Assembly: GCA_040081625.1 (NCBI GenBank)
Contig: JBEBGD010000008.1
Location: 1-64,000 of the forward strand
Direction of reading: 5' to 3'
Length of the DNA stretch: 64,000 nucleotides
Origin: Chthoniobacteraceae bacterium
GTDB lineage: Bacteria; Verrucomicrobiota; Verrucomicrobiia; Chthoniobacterales; Chthoniobacteraceae
Positions 51,290 to 62,700 of the stretch are shown here, piece by piece. The notes beneath the pieces were generated by a model that was given only the letters and a program-made list of their open reading frames with translations, did no database searches and was not told the origin of the DNA. The position numbers were made by a program, and so were the translations under genes. Each line of letters begins with the position of its first letter. The first letter of the stretch is position 1.

Positions 51290-51826
51290 ATGAAATTTGA
51301 ACGCACCATCTTTGACGGATTGTGGATCGTGGAGATCGAGTCCGCCGTGGACGAGCGCGGTTCCTTTGCGCGGACGTTTTGCGCGGATGAGTTCGCCGCT
51401 CACGGTCTCCAGACGGCTTGGGCGCAGACCAATATCTCGCGCAACTCGCTGCGCGGGACGCTGCGCGGTTTGCATTTCCAGTCCGGGCCGCAGCCCGAGG
51501 TGAAGCTGATTCGCTGCACCGCCGGCGCGATCTTCGATGTCGTCGTGGATGTGCGCCGCGACTCGCCGACCTTCGGCCGCTGGCAGGGCTTTGAACTCAC
51601 CGCGACCAGCGGTCGCGCGCTCCATGTGCCGGGTGGATTCGCGCACGGCATTCAGGCGATCACAGACGATGCGGAGGTTTCTTACATGATGAGCACGGCC
51701 TACGACCCCGGCCTCGCGCGCGGCATCCGGTGGGATGATCCCGCCGTCGGCATCAAATGGCCGCTGCTACCCATCGCGATCTCGCCGCGTGATCGCGCGC
51801 TGCCGCTGCTGGCGGAACTCGCGTGA
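51290..51826 (+). CDS. rfbC: NDP-4-keto-6-deoxyhexose 3,5-/5-epimerase (RmlC family)
   Basis: DERGSFAR, GTLRGLHFQ, DVVVDVRRDSPTF, GFAHG, IRWDDP. Confidence 0.9.
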   Translation: MKFERTIFDGLWIVEIESAVDERGSFARTFCADEFAAHGLQTAWAQTNISRNSLRGTLRGLHFQSGPQPEVKLIRCTAGAIFDVVVDVRRDSPTFGRWQGFELTATSGRALHVPGGFAHGIQAITDDAEVSYMMSTAYDPGLARGIRWDDPAVGIKWPLLPIAISPRDRALPLLAELA

Positions 51827-52710
51827 GGATTCTCATCACCGGCGCCACGGGTTTCATCGGTCGCGCGTGCGCGTGCGCGGCGCTCGCCCGCGGGCACGAA
51901 GTCGCCGCGCTCGTGCGTCCCGGTTCGTCGCGGCCCGTCGATGCCGCGCTCGTGCGGATCGACGGCGAGCTCGCCCGGCCGGACTGGCGCGCGATCGAAG
52001 CCTTCGCGCCGGACTCCTGCCTGCACACTGCGTGGATCGCGACGCCCGGCGAATACCTGCTCTCGCCGCTCAATCACGACTACCTCGACTGGAGCGTCGC
52101 CTTCCTCCATGGCCTCGCCGGGCGCGGCGTGCGCCACTGCATCGCGACCGGCACCTGCCTCGAGTATGCGCCGCAGGACGGGCCGCTGCGCGAAGACGCA
52201 TCGCCGCTCGCCCCGGCCTCGCCATATGCGCGGAGCAAGGACGCGCTGCGTCGCGCGATGGAGAGCAGCGCGCTTGACCTCGGCTGGGCGCGCATCTTCC
52301 TTCCGTTTGGCCCGGGCGAAGACCCGCGCCGCCTCCCGACCTCGATCATCCAACACACCTTGAAGCAAGAATCCATCGTGCTGAAAACGCCTGACAGCAT
52401 CCGGGATTTCGTCTTCATCGGCGACGTCGCCGGGGCGCTGCTCACCGCTCTCGAGCATCGCTTTTGCGGAAGCCTCAATGTGGGCACCGGCGTCGGCGTG
52501 AGCGTTCGTGAATTCGCCGCGCACATCGCGCGGCTTCTCGGTGAGCCAGCCCGCGTCATTGCGGCTGAAGCGGCGGTCGATCCGTATCCGGCGATCGTCG
52601 CCGATCCCGCGCGGCTCTGCGCGCTCGGCTGGCGCCCTCGCACTTCGATCGAGGACGGTCTTGCGCAGATCATCCGTTCGTTCGCTCCTGAATCAATCAC
52701 TCCCTTATGA
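51823..52710 (+). CDS. NAD(P)-dependent NDP-sugar 4-reductase/epimerase (extended SDR)
   Basis: TGATGFIG, GTCLEY, YARSK, RDFVFIGDV. Confidence 0.85.
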   Translation: MRILITGATGFIGRACACAALARGHEVAALVRPGSSRPVDAALVRIDGELARPDWRAIEAFAPDSCLHTAWIATPGEYLLSPLNHDYLDWSVAFLHGLAGRGVRHCIATGTCLEYAPQDGPLREDASPLAPASPYARSKDALRRAMESSALDLGWARIFLPFGPGEDPRRLPTSIIQHTLKQESIVLKTPDSIRDFVFIGDVAGALLTALEHRFCGSLNVGTGVGVSVREFAAHIARLLGEPARVIAAEAAVDPYPAIVADPARLCALGWRPRTSIEDGLAQIIRSFAPESITPL

Positions 52711-53648
52711 TCAAACTCTCATCGCCGACATTGGCCGGACACACACCGATGGAGTTGGGGGAAGACGTGACGGTCGGGATCTCGACCTACGGGCACTGCC
52801 CGACGACGCTCACCGCGCTCCAATCGCTATTCCTCGCGGCTCGCGGAAATTTTGAGCTGTTGCTGATCGATAATCACTCGCCGGACGAGGCGGTGCGGGA
52901 TCTCATCCGGCAGGCGCGGCTGGAGCATCCGAACACGACGTCGTTTTTCTATTCCGAGAACCGCGAATACTCCGGCGCGGTCAACGGCATCCTCTCCCAC
53001 GCCCGCGGTCAATGGGTCATCTTCCTCTCGAACGACATCTTTGTAACGCCCGACTATCTGCGCGAAATCATGGCCGCCGTCCGCGCGAATCCGCGACACG
53101 GCATCGTGCGCGGCTGCTCGAACTTCGTGGACAACAAAAAGCCGTCCCACAACGTGCAACTCAGTCGCGCGCCGACGACGTTCGAGGATCTCTTCGCGGT
53201 GGGAAAGACAGTCGCCGCGCAGTATCCCCGAGAGCCCATCATCGATGAGTTTTTCGTCGGCGATGCGTTTGTCGTTTCGCGCGCAGTGCTCGATCGGATC
53301 GGCACCTACGACCCGGCATTCTTCGGCTACTTCGCCGATCCCGATTTCGGCCTGCGCACCCAGATTTCCGGCTTCGAACATGTGCTCGTGCCCAGCGCTT
53401 TCGCCTACCACCAGAGGGAGGCAAATTTCAACTGCCTGCCGCAGGTGGCCCGTGATGAAAAGTTGGCCGAAAGATGGCGGCTCGTGGATCTAAACTGGAA
53501 CCGGTTCAGGGCGAAGTATGGGTTGCCAGCGGACGAGCCCTATTCGTCGATCTCGCAAGTGCCGTGGCAGGCTTTGAGGTCGGTGCCTTTCGACCCGGCG
53601 AAGCATTACTCGGCGCCGGGCGATTACTCCGCCGACCGGCTTCCGTAG
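52707..53648 (+). CDS. Glycosyltransferase family 2
   Basis: LLIDNHSPD, N..YSGAVN, IFLSNDI, IGTYDPAFFGYFADPD. Confidence 0.8.
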   Translation: MIKLSSPTLAGHTPMELGEDVTVGISTYGHCPTTLTALQSLFLAARGNFELLLIDNHSPDEAVRDLIRQARLEHPNTTSFFYSENREYSGAVNGILSHARGQWVIFLSNDIFVTPDYLREIMAAVRANPRHGIVRGCSNFVDNKKPSHNVQLSRAPTTFEDLFAVGKTVAAQYPREPIIDEFFVGDAFVVSRAVLDRIGTYDPAFFGYFADPDFGLRTQISGFEHVLVPSAFAYHQREANFNCLPQVARDEKLAERWRLVDLNWNRFRAKYGLPADEPYSSISQVPWQALRSVPFDPAKHYSAPGDYSADRLP

Positions 53649-53664
53649 CGCGCCGGTCCCCGCT

Positions 53665-54285
53665 TCAGCGCGCCTTCCGGATCACCGCCAGGCCGTGATG
53701 GAATGCGACGCTGTGAATGTCTGTCGTCACGTCGCGCGCCCGCGCCAGCGCGCCGCGCGCCTGCATTCCGGTGGTCAGACCGAAGAGGAACTGCATCACG
53801 TTCACGCCCGCGGGACAATGCTCCGCGCTCCAAGCGGTGTGCAGGTCCTCGATGATCCAGACTCCGCCCGGCGACACGTGCTTCCACCCGAGTTGGAATC
53901 CCGCGGTCTGTTCCGTGGCGAGATGGCTGCCGTCGTCGATGACGATGTCCTGCGCCCCGATCCCCGGCCAGAGACCCGGATCGGTCGCGGACGCGCGGAG
54001 GATCGTGATGCGCGGGTCGGGCAACGGCATGCACCGCGTCGTGTCGATGTCGATGCCGATGAAGCGGGCGTCCGCATGGCGAAACCACGCCGCCCACATC
54101 GCGATGCTCGATCCGCCGAGGACGCCGATTTCGAGCAGTCGCACGGGCTGGGCGAGCAGCGGGCGCAACAGCTCCTCGTAGATCGGAGCGTAGCCGTGGA
54201 ATGCGCTGCATTTGTCGGTCCCGAACGCGAGCGCCAGGTCGTCCAGCGAAGCGGATTCGGGGGCGGATTGGGAGACTTCGGGCAT
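53665..54285 (-). CDS. MycE/TylE-like sugar O-methyltransferase (class I SAM)
   Basis: GTDK...HGY, RLLEIGV, DIVIDDGSH, GGVWIIEDLHTAW. Confidence 0.75.
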   Translation of the reverse strand: MPEVSQSAPESASLDDLALAFGTDKCSAFHGYAPIYEELLRPLLAQPVRLLEIGVLGGSSIAMWAAWFRHADARFIGIDIDTTRCMPLPDPRITILRASATDPGLWPGIGAQDIVIDDGSHLATEQTAGFQLGWKHVSPGGVWIIEDLHTAWSAEHCPAGVNVMQFLFGLTTGMQARGALARARDVTTDIHSVAFHHGLAVIRKAR

Positions 54286-54402
54286 GGAGGCGGGGCGCGC
54301 ACCAAAGTAGAGCGAGCGCGCCGGCGCAAGGCGAGATCGGCGAGGGGCGTGCGCGGGTCAAAGAGCGTGCGCACACGCGAGCCCTATGTATATGGCCGCG
54401 CC

Positions 54403-56415
54403 ATGCCCCACCTGACGCCCCAGCAAGCGCTCGATCTCGCGATGGATCACCACGCCGCGGGCCGATTTGCGGAGGCTGAGAATTTCTACCGCAAGCTGCT
54501 CGCGGTCGAGCCGGGGAATCCCGACATCATCCACCTCCTCGGCGCCGTCGCCGCGAACACGAACCGGCAGGCAGAGGGACTCGTGCTGATGGAGCGCGCG
54601 ATCGCGATGAATCCGAACGTCGCGCGTTACCACAGCAACCTCGGCACGCTGCTGCTGAACATGCGCGACTACGATCGCGCGATCACCTGCTACCAGGAGG
54701 CGCTGCGGCTCGACCCGAACTGCGCCGGCGCCTACTACAACATGGGCCTCACCCGCTTCAACCAGCGGCGCTGGGACGAGTCGATCGCGGCCTATCGCGC
54801 GGCGCTGCGGCTCCAGCCGGACTACCCGGCCTGCGAGCTCAACCTCGGCTCCTCGCTCGTCGCCGCCGGGCAGATCGACGCCGCCATCGGGCTCTATCGC
54901 TCCGTGCTCCAGCGGCGGCCCGGCGACGCGCCCATCGCGACGAATCTCGGCAATTGCCTCAAGGAAAAGGGGGAGCTGGACGCCGCGATCGAGGTCTATC
55001 GCCACGCGCTCGCGATCGCCCCGGGGGACGCTCCGACATGGAACAACCTGGGTGTAGCGCTCAAGGACCAGGGGATGATCGAAGGCTCGATCGCTGCCTT
55101 TCAGCACAGCCTCGAGCTGCAGCCCGGCAGCGCCGAGGTCCGCAGCAATCTCGTCTTCACGATGCTCTTCGATCCGCGCTGCGAACCGGCGGCGCTCGCC
55201 GCCGAGGAGCGCGAGTGGAATCGCCACCACGTCGCGCCGCTTCGCGCGCAGTTCCAGCCGCACGCCAACGACCGCTCGCCGGAGCGCCGTTTGCGCGTCG
55301 GCTACGTCTCCGCGGACTTCCGCGAGCACGTCGTCGGGCGCGCGCTCTTGCCGGTCTTCGAGAGGCACGACCGTGAAAAAGTCGAGGTCGTCTGCTACGC
55401 GGTTTGCGCGCCCGATCCTGTCACCCGTCGTTTTGTGGAAAAAGCCGCGCTCTGGCGCGACGTCGCCGACGTTCCCGATGCGGAACTCGCCGCAAGGATC
55501 CGCGACGATGGCATCGACATCCTCGTCGATCTCGCGCTCCATACTTCGGACAACCGGCTGAAGCTCTTCGCCCACAAACCGGCTCCAGTGCAGGTTTCGT
55601 GGCTGGGCTATCCGGGTTCGTCCGGCGTGGAGACGATCGACTGGCGGATCACCGATCCCTTCCTCGAGCCGCCCGGTGGCGAGTCGTCGCCGTCGGCCGA
55701 GCAGCCCTTCCGTCTGCCGCACTGCTGGAGCTGCTACGAACCGCCGGCCGGCTCGCCGCCGGTAAATGCGCTTCCCGTCCTCAGCCGGGGATTTTTCACG
55801 TTCGGATCGCTCAACAATTTCTGCAAGATCAACGACACCGTCCTCGAGACGTGGGCGCGCATCCTCGGCGCGGTCGCTGAGTCGCGCCTGGTGCTGCTCA
55901 CGAAGACCGGCAGCCACCGCTCGCGCATGGCGGATTTCATGCGTGCGCACGGCATCGCGCCGGAGCGGTTCGAGTTCCTCGATTACCGCTCCTCGGCGGA
56001 GGGTCTTGCGCCCGGCGATTACCTGCGCCGCTACGAGCGGATCGACCTCGCGCTCGATACCTTCCCCTACAACGGGATGACCACGACCTTCGACGCGCTC
56101 TGGATGGGCGTGCCGGTCGTTTCGCTCGTCGGAAAGTTCAGCCTCGGCCGCGCCGGGCTGAGCATTTTGTCGAACGTCGGGCTGTCGGAATTTGCCGTCG
56201 AATCGCGCGACGATTACGTGCGTTGTGCCGTCGAGTCCGCGCACAAGATTCAGCGCCTCGTCGAATTGCGGACCGGCCTGCGATCAAGGCTGCAAGCCTC
56301 TCCGCTGCTCGATCCCGCCGCGCTCACGCGCGAAGTCGAGGCCGCGTATCGTGCGATGTGGCGGTGCTGGTGCGGAACGCAATCCGCGGCGCTTCCGGGT
56401 GCTGAGATTCGCTGA
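54403..56415 (+). CDS. TPR-containing GT41 (OGT/SPINDLY-like) glycosyltransferase
   Basis: About 7 TPRs, then RVGYVSADFREH, IDILVDL, PAPVQVSWLGYP, FGSLNNFCKI, LDTFPYNGMTT..DALWMGVPV. Confidence 0.92.
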   Translation: MPHLTPQQALDLAMDHHAAGRFAEAENFYRKLLAVEPGNPDIIHLLGAVAANTNRQAEGLVLMERAIAMNPNVARYHSNLGTLLLNMRDYDRAITCYQEALRLDPNCAGAYYNMGLTRFNQRRWDESIAAYRAALRLQPDYPACELNLGSSLVAAGQIDAAIGLYRSVLQRRPGDAPIATNLGNCLKEKGELDAAIEVYRHALAIAPGDAPTWNNLGVALKDQGMIEGSIAAFQHSLELQPGSAEVRSNLVFTMLFDPRCEPAALAAEEREWNRHHVAPLRAQFQPHANDRSPERRLRVGYVSADFREHVVGRALLPVFERHDREKVEVVCYAVCAPDPVTRRFVEKAALWRDVADVPDAELAARIRDDGIDILVDLALHTSDNRLKLFAHKPAPVQVSWLGYPGSSGVETIDWRITDPFLEPPGGESSPSAEQPFRLPHCWSCYEPPAGSPPVNALPVLSRGFFTFGSLNNFCKINDTVLETWARILGAVAESRLVLLTKTGSHRSRMADFMRAHGIAPERFEFLDYRSSAEGLAPGDYLRRYERIDLALDTFPYNGMTTTFDALWMGVPVVSLVGKFSLGRAGLSILSNVGLSEFAVESRDDYVRCAVESAHKIQRLVELRTGLRSRLQASPLLDPAALTREVEAAYRAMWRCWCGTQSAALPGAEIR

Positions 56416-56798
56416 CGGAAACCGAGGTTCCGACGTGACGGCTGAATGGGGCGAAGGTTTACGGGGAAAGTAATTTAATTGCGAGCAGCCTCGCGCGGTG
56501 CGGTGCGTGGAGTCGGGCATTTCCCGCAAGTCGCGGTGCACGGACGATCGGCTGCCAAGCCGCATGAATACAAGCTTTGTCGGGATTTCGCCGCGCCGGT
56601 CGGGGTGGCCTTTCCGGCCCGTCGCAGTCTTGCATTCCGGGATTGCACGAACGCCCCCCAAAAACGTGCGCGGAACCGCAAAGAAATCCTTTACAGCCCA
56701 GTGTCACAGGGTTCTTGTGCGACCAATCCCGGTTGGGAGCGGTGTGTCCGCACACCTCTCCCTCCCCCCCAAACTCCCCGCTCAGTCCCACTACTCCT

Positions 56799-59700
56799 AT
56801 GCGCAAGTCCACCCGTCCCTCCCGCCTGACCTCCCGCCGCAGCGCCCGCATCCTCGCGCGCATGAAACGCCGGTTGCCACGCTTCATTCTCGCAACCGCA
56901 GCCGCATTTCTCCTGCCACACGCGGTAAAAGCTGCGACCCTCGTCTGGGACGGCGATACCGACGGCTCGAACAGTGCCATCGGCGGCACCGGGACATGGG
57001 ATCAGGTCCTGGGGAATTGGGACCCCGATTTCAATCCGATCGACAACTCGAACAGCAACAACCAGGCGTGGACCAATGCCACGTTCGACATCGCGCTCTT
57101 CGGCGGGACCGCGGGGACGGTCACGCTCGGTGAGTCGATCGTCGCGGGCGGGCTGGTCTTCAATACCACGGGATACACGCTTCAGTCGTCCGTTCCGGCG
57201 AACACACTGACGCTCACGCCGCCGGCCGGCGTGAACTCGCCGATCATCCATGTTGGCTCGGCGGTTGGGGAGCGCGCGACCATCGCGAGCACGCTCGCGG
57301 GCACTGCGGGCTTCACCAAGACGGGCAACGGCACGCTGGCGCTCACCGGCACGGTGGCGAACACCATCAGCGGCGACATCGTCATCAAGGCGGGCAACCT
57401 CGTGATCAACAACGCCAACCAACTCGGGACGGGCACGACGGCGATCTCGATCACCGGTATCGCCGGCACGGGCAACCCCGGCTTCAGTGGTGGTTCGCTC
57501 GTGCTCGATGGCTCACTCGGCGGCATCACGATGAACCGCGAGATCTCGGTCTCCGGTCGTGGTCCGGGTGCGGTGAATTCCAGCGGCGGTCTCGTGAGCG
57601 TGGGCTACAACACGATCGCTGGCGGCCTCACGATTGGCACCGGCGCGACCGAGGGTCGCGCAGTGGCTACGCATGGCATCACCACCATCAGCGGTGGGCT
57701 CTACCTCGGCGTCACGAACAGCACGAATGTCAGCTCCTCGGTGTTTTACGGTAACGGCAACTGGATCATCAGCGGTCGCATCGGCGGCAGCGAGATTCAG
57801 AACGACGACTTCATCAAGACCGGCAACGTGGTCGCGACCACGATGTGGCTGCAAAACATCGACAATGACTTTGCCCAATCCTTCCGTATCGACTCCGGCA
57901 CGATCCGGGTGTCAGACGACCGCGCGCTCGGTCTGAATACCGGCACGCAGTCGCTCGATTTGAACGCCGGCAGGCTCGAGGCTCGCAGCGACACGCCGAA
58001 CTTCAACACCCGCAACGTCAACCTCCGCGGCAACACGGTCCAGATGTTCGTGGATCGCGCGATCGGCGGCTCGGCGCTGAACCAGGAGTTCGTCTTCGGT
58101 AATCTTAATAACTCTGCGATCAACGGCGGCCTCACGATGGAGGGTCGCAACGGTGCAGGTCTGACGATCAATGGCCCGAGCGGAACCATCAACTGGATCA
58201 ACGGCGGCACGCTGAACTTCACGAACAGCGGCAACGGTCTTTACAAGATCAACGCCAGCGTCAACCGCCTGAGCGAAACCTCGGGCCGCACGATCACCCT
58301 AGGGGCGACAGGCGAGATTCAGCTCACGGGCAACCTGCTGCAGGCCGGCACCGGCGCGGTCAGCCTGAGCAAGACCGGCGTGGGCACCCTCACGATCGGC
58401 GGCACAGCCTCGACCGCGACGGGCAGCACGTCGATCACCGACGGCACGCTGTCGATCAGCTCATTCGCCTCGATTCCGAGCGGAGCCATCAGCTTCGCAA
58501 ATGCCACGACGACCCCGGGCACGCTGACCTATACCGGCGGCACGACGACGGCGGCGAATCCGCTGACGTTCAACACGACGACGGCTCCGGTTTACATCAA
58601 CGCGAGCGGCACTGGTGCGTTGACGCTCACCGGCGCCATCACCAGCACGCTGACCAACGCGAAGACGCTGGTTCTTGGCGGCACCGCGCAGTTCGACAAC
58701 TCCTTTAACGCGGTCCTCGCCAATGGTGGCGCCTCGACGAATGCCACCAGCCTCCAGAAGATCGGCAGCGGTCGGTGGCTCCTTTCGGGCTCGGCAAACA
58801 ACACCTTCACCGGCAGCACGACCGTCTCACAGGGCACGCTGAAGATTCAGGAGTTCGGCACCGGCGCGAACGACTTCGACGTCCTGCCGAATGCTGGCGC
58901 GATCATCTTCAACGTCGATACCTTCACCCAGTCCGCGGGCGGCACGCTGAACTACGCGGGTATCGCCAGCCTCCCGGTCGCTGAGTCGGTCGGCGCGCTG
59001 ACCAACACCGCGGGCAGCAACACTCTCTCCGTGACCCCCGGTGCCGGCGGCACTGCGGCTCTTACCTTCGCCTCCCTCGCGGTGCCTGCGGTGGGCTCGG
59101 GCTTGAATATCACGACGACGGCCGGTGGAACCGTCACCCTGACCGGTGCGGCGAACGTCAACGGCATCCTCAGCCCGAAGCTCGTCTTCAACGGCGCGGA
59201 TTTCGCGGCGGGCAGTGCAGTCGGCGCGGCGACCTATACGAATAGCGCTGTCGCCCTCGTAGCCGCCAACACGACCCCGTATCGCATTACCGGCTCGTTC
59301 AACCAGCCCACCGTCTCGGTGAATGCGGGTCTCAAGTTCGACACCGCCCAAACGATCACCATCAATAACGGCGCGACACTGACCATCACCAATGGCGGCA
59401 CGACCGGTGGCGGTATCCTTGTCACGGGCGGCGTCACAGCGACGATCGCCAATGCCGGAACGGCAACCGGCGTCACCACCGGTTCTGGCGGCGACATCGT
59501 CGTCCGGACCAATACGAGCGGCGACACGCTCGCGTTCAACGCCCCGATCATCAACAGTGGCACCAACGCCATCTCGCTGACCAAGAACGGCGCGGGCACG
59601 ATGACCATCGGCGGCACGAATACGATCACGGGCACGGTGACCGTGAACGAAGGCACGTTGCAACTCACCTCGGGTGCGACGCTCGCGGGCACGAATGTCG

Positions 59701-62700
59701 CCCTCGTCGTCCGCCAGGGCGCAACCCTGGACCTCGGTGGCACAAGCCTGGGCACGGCGACGGGCGGCGGTGCAAATGTCTTCAACGGCGCGGGAACGGT
59801 CACGAACTCGGCTGCCGCGACCACTTCGATCCTCCGCGTCGGAAATGGCGGCACCAGCGGTTACTTCTCCGGCATCATCCAGGACGGCGCGGGCACGGTG
59901 TCACTTTCCAAGGGTGGCGCTGGAACGACCTCGCTCTCCGGGGCGAACACCTTCAGCGGCGGCATCCGAATCACCGGCGGCGTGGTCGCGGTGACGACGC
60001 TCTCGAACATCGGCTCCCCGAGCGGCATCGGCGAGGGCGACGAGACGGATGCGACCAGCAACGCAAACAGCCTGATCTTCGACGGCGGCACGCTGACCTA
60101 CACTGGCGCGACCGGCGCGATTTACCAGACCACGCAGACGCCGTCGGTCAGCATCGACCGCCTCTTCACCCTCGCGGGGGCCGGCACGATCAGCAGTGAA
60201 GGCAGCTACGGCGCGAACCGCCTGACGCGCGGGAACAACAACGCGACGCTGATCTTCAACAACCCGCTCCCGGTCGCCTTCCTCGGCGCAGGAACCCGCA
60301 CGCTCACCCTGCAGGGTGACTCGATCGGCGATAATCAACTCAACCTTAAGTTGATCGACAACACGAATGCGGCTGAGGCGTTGAGTGTGACCAAGGCCGG
60401 AACCGGCTTGTGGATCCTCAGCAACCCGGCCAACACCTACACCGGCGTCACCACCATCAGCGCCGGCGCGCTCCGCGCTCAAGAGGGCACCTCCCTGCCG
60501 AGCGGCCCCACTGGTTCGAATCTGTTCATCAATGGCGGCGTGTTTGAGAGCACCGGCACCTTCGCTCGTGCGCTCGGCACGGGTCAGGGCCAGTTGCGTT
60601 TCGTTCCCGCCGGCAACGGCGGCTTCTCGGCGGGCGACACGAAGCTGACTTGGGATGTGAGCAGCCTCGGCACGCCGGTCTGGGGCACCACGACCGACTT
60701 CATCGGCGCTGGCGTCCTGATCTTGAACTCCACCACCAGCATCGCTGACGTGGAGGTTGCGGGCGATCTCAACCTCGGCGCCGGCGCCACGCCGGTCGTC
60801 AACGCGACGACCACCGCCGCAGGCGCGACTGTCACTCTGACGGCCGGCACGACCGCCGGCCTTACGATCGGCCAGACATTCACCGGCAATGCGAACATCC
60901 CGGTGGGTGCCTTCATCACCGCGATCACCGGACCGGCGACGTTCACGCTTAACTCCGGCACGGGCGTCCTCGCCGGGACAGGCATCGCAACCACACTGAG
61001 CGGGAATGGCTGGCGTGAAGTGGTGGTCAACGACAACCTCTCGACCAACCTCGATTTCGCGACCTTCTCGGGCGTCCTCGGCGGCACGGGCGGCCTCGGC
61101 AAGATTGGCACCGGGTCGTTGATCCTTGGCAATGCGAACACCTACTCGGGCAATACCGTTATCCGGCAGGAAGCGGTCTTCGCGACCTCCATCGGCGCGG
61201 CAGGCGCCACGTCGAGCAGCTTCGGCACGAATGTCGGCGGCGGAATCGTGGAACTGGGTAACCCCAGCACCAGCACCACGGTCAACCTCATGTATGTCGG
61301 CCCGGGCGAAGTCGCCACGCGCCAGATCAACATCACCGGCACGACCGGCACCCGCCGCATCGACTCGAGCGGCGGCGGTCCGTTGGTCCTCACGAACCTG
61401 ATCAACAGCAGCGCGGCGTCGGTCAACACGACCAGCGGCGCGCGGACGCTGTCGCTCCGCGGCACGAACACCGACGGCAACATGGTCACCTCGACGCTGA
61501 CCAACGACGGCGCCAACATCCTCACGGTGATCAAGGAAGACGGCGGATTCTGGATTCTGAACCCGAGCGCTCCGAACACGTTCACCGGTGTCCTCGGCGT
61601 CAATGGCGGCACGCTGGGCCTGACCGCCAACGGCATCGGGTCCGTCCCGTCGATCAACTTCTCCAATGCCTCCATCCTGGCGTTCGGCGGACCGTTGACC
61701 GTGCCCGTGCCGGTTTCCCAATCGAACAACACGACGGCGGTATTCGCGGGCGCAAATGCGATCACTCTCAACGGCACCTACACAGTGGCGGCAGGGAACA
61801 ACGCCCAGACCATCAGCAACAACCTGGAGGGCGGTGCGGTTCTGACCATCAACAACAACTTCATCAACCTGAAGGCCAATGATCAGACCATCAACTTCCG
61901 AGGGTATGGTTCAACCATCTGGAATGGATCGATTCAGAACGCTGCAGCGAACACTACGGCATGGAACATTGCCATCGCGAACGACGCGTTCTTTACGACA
62001 AGCGGCGCGGCAAACACCTTCACCGGCACCAAGACCCTCTCGCAAGGCACGCTGAACCTGGACAAGACTGCGCCGTTTGGTCCTTCCGGCCAGTTCAACT
62101 TCGGCGGCGGTGTGGTCGTGGCGGGCGTCGATCTCGCGGCCAGTCCGATCACCAACCCGGTATTCCTGACCGGCGACCCGGCGACCTTTAGCGGCTTTAA
62201 TGGGATTACGTTGAACGGCCTGGTCACGAACAACGCCGGAAACCGGACGCTCTTCAACAACCTCGATACCGCGACTGACCTGACAATCGCCGGCGGCATA
62301 TTCCTAAGCAATGACGCCACCGGTCGCACCCTGACCCTGCGCGGTTCGGGAGATACGATCGTCAGCAGCATCGTCTCAAACGGTGCCACCGCGACCGCGG
62401 CAGGCACGCTCGCCTACTCCGCAGCGGCGGGGAGCCTGACGCTGTCGGCCGCGAACACGGCCACCGGCGCACTCGTCGCAAACCGCAACACCATCCTCCT
62501 CAACGGCGCGGGCGCGTGGGCGGGCTCGGGCTCGGTATTCCCGCTCGGGACGATCACCCTCGACAACACCGCCGGTTCAGTGAACCGCCTCGCGGATGCG
62601 GGCGGCTTCACCGGCACGGGCGGCACGCTCAACCTCATCGGCAACGACACTGGTGGAACAAACGAGACCACCGGCGCGCTCACGATCAACACGGTGCAGA

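Noticed and set aside
53695..54402. N-terminal extension of the GT41 ORF (906 aa in the track), and similar extensions of the 37667..40075, 34596..36245 and 32279..34126 ORFs
   Set aside because: The extensions overlap genuine genes on the other strand or frame; the true starts are downstream.
56416..56798. Riboswitch or phase-variable poly-C tract upstream of the giant gene
   Set aside because: No recognisable aptamer consensus by eye, and the C7 run (56764-56770) is short and within a generally C/T-rich leader. An Rfam scan would be needed.
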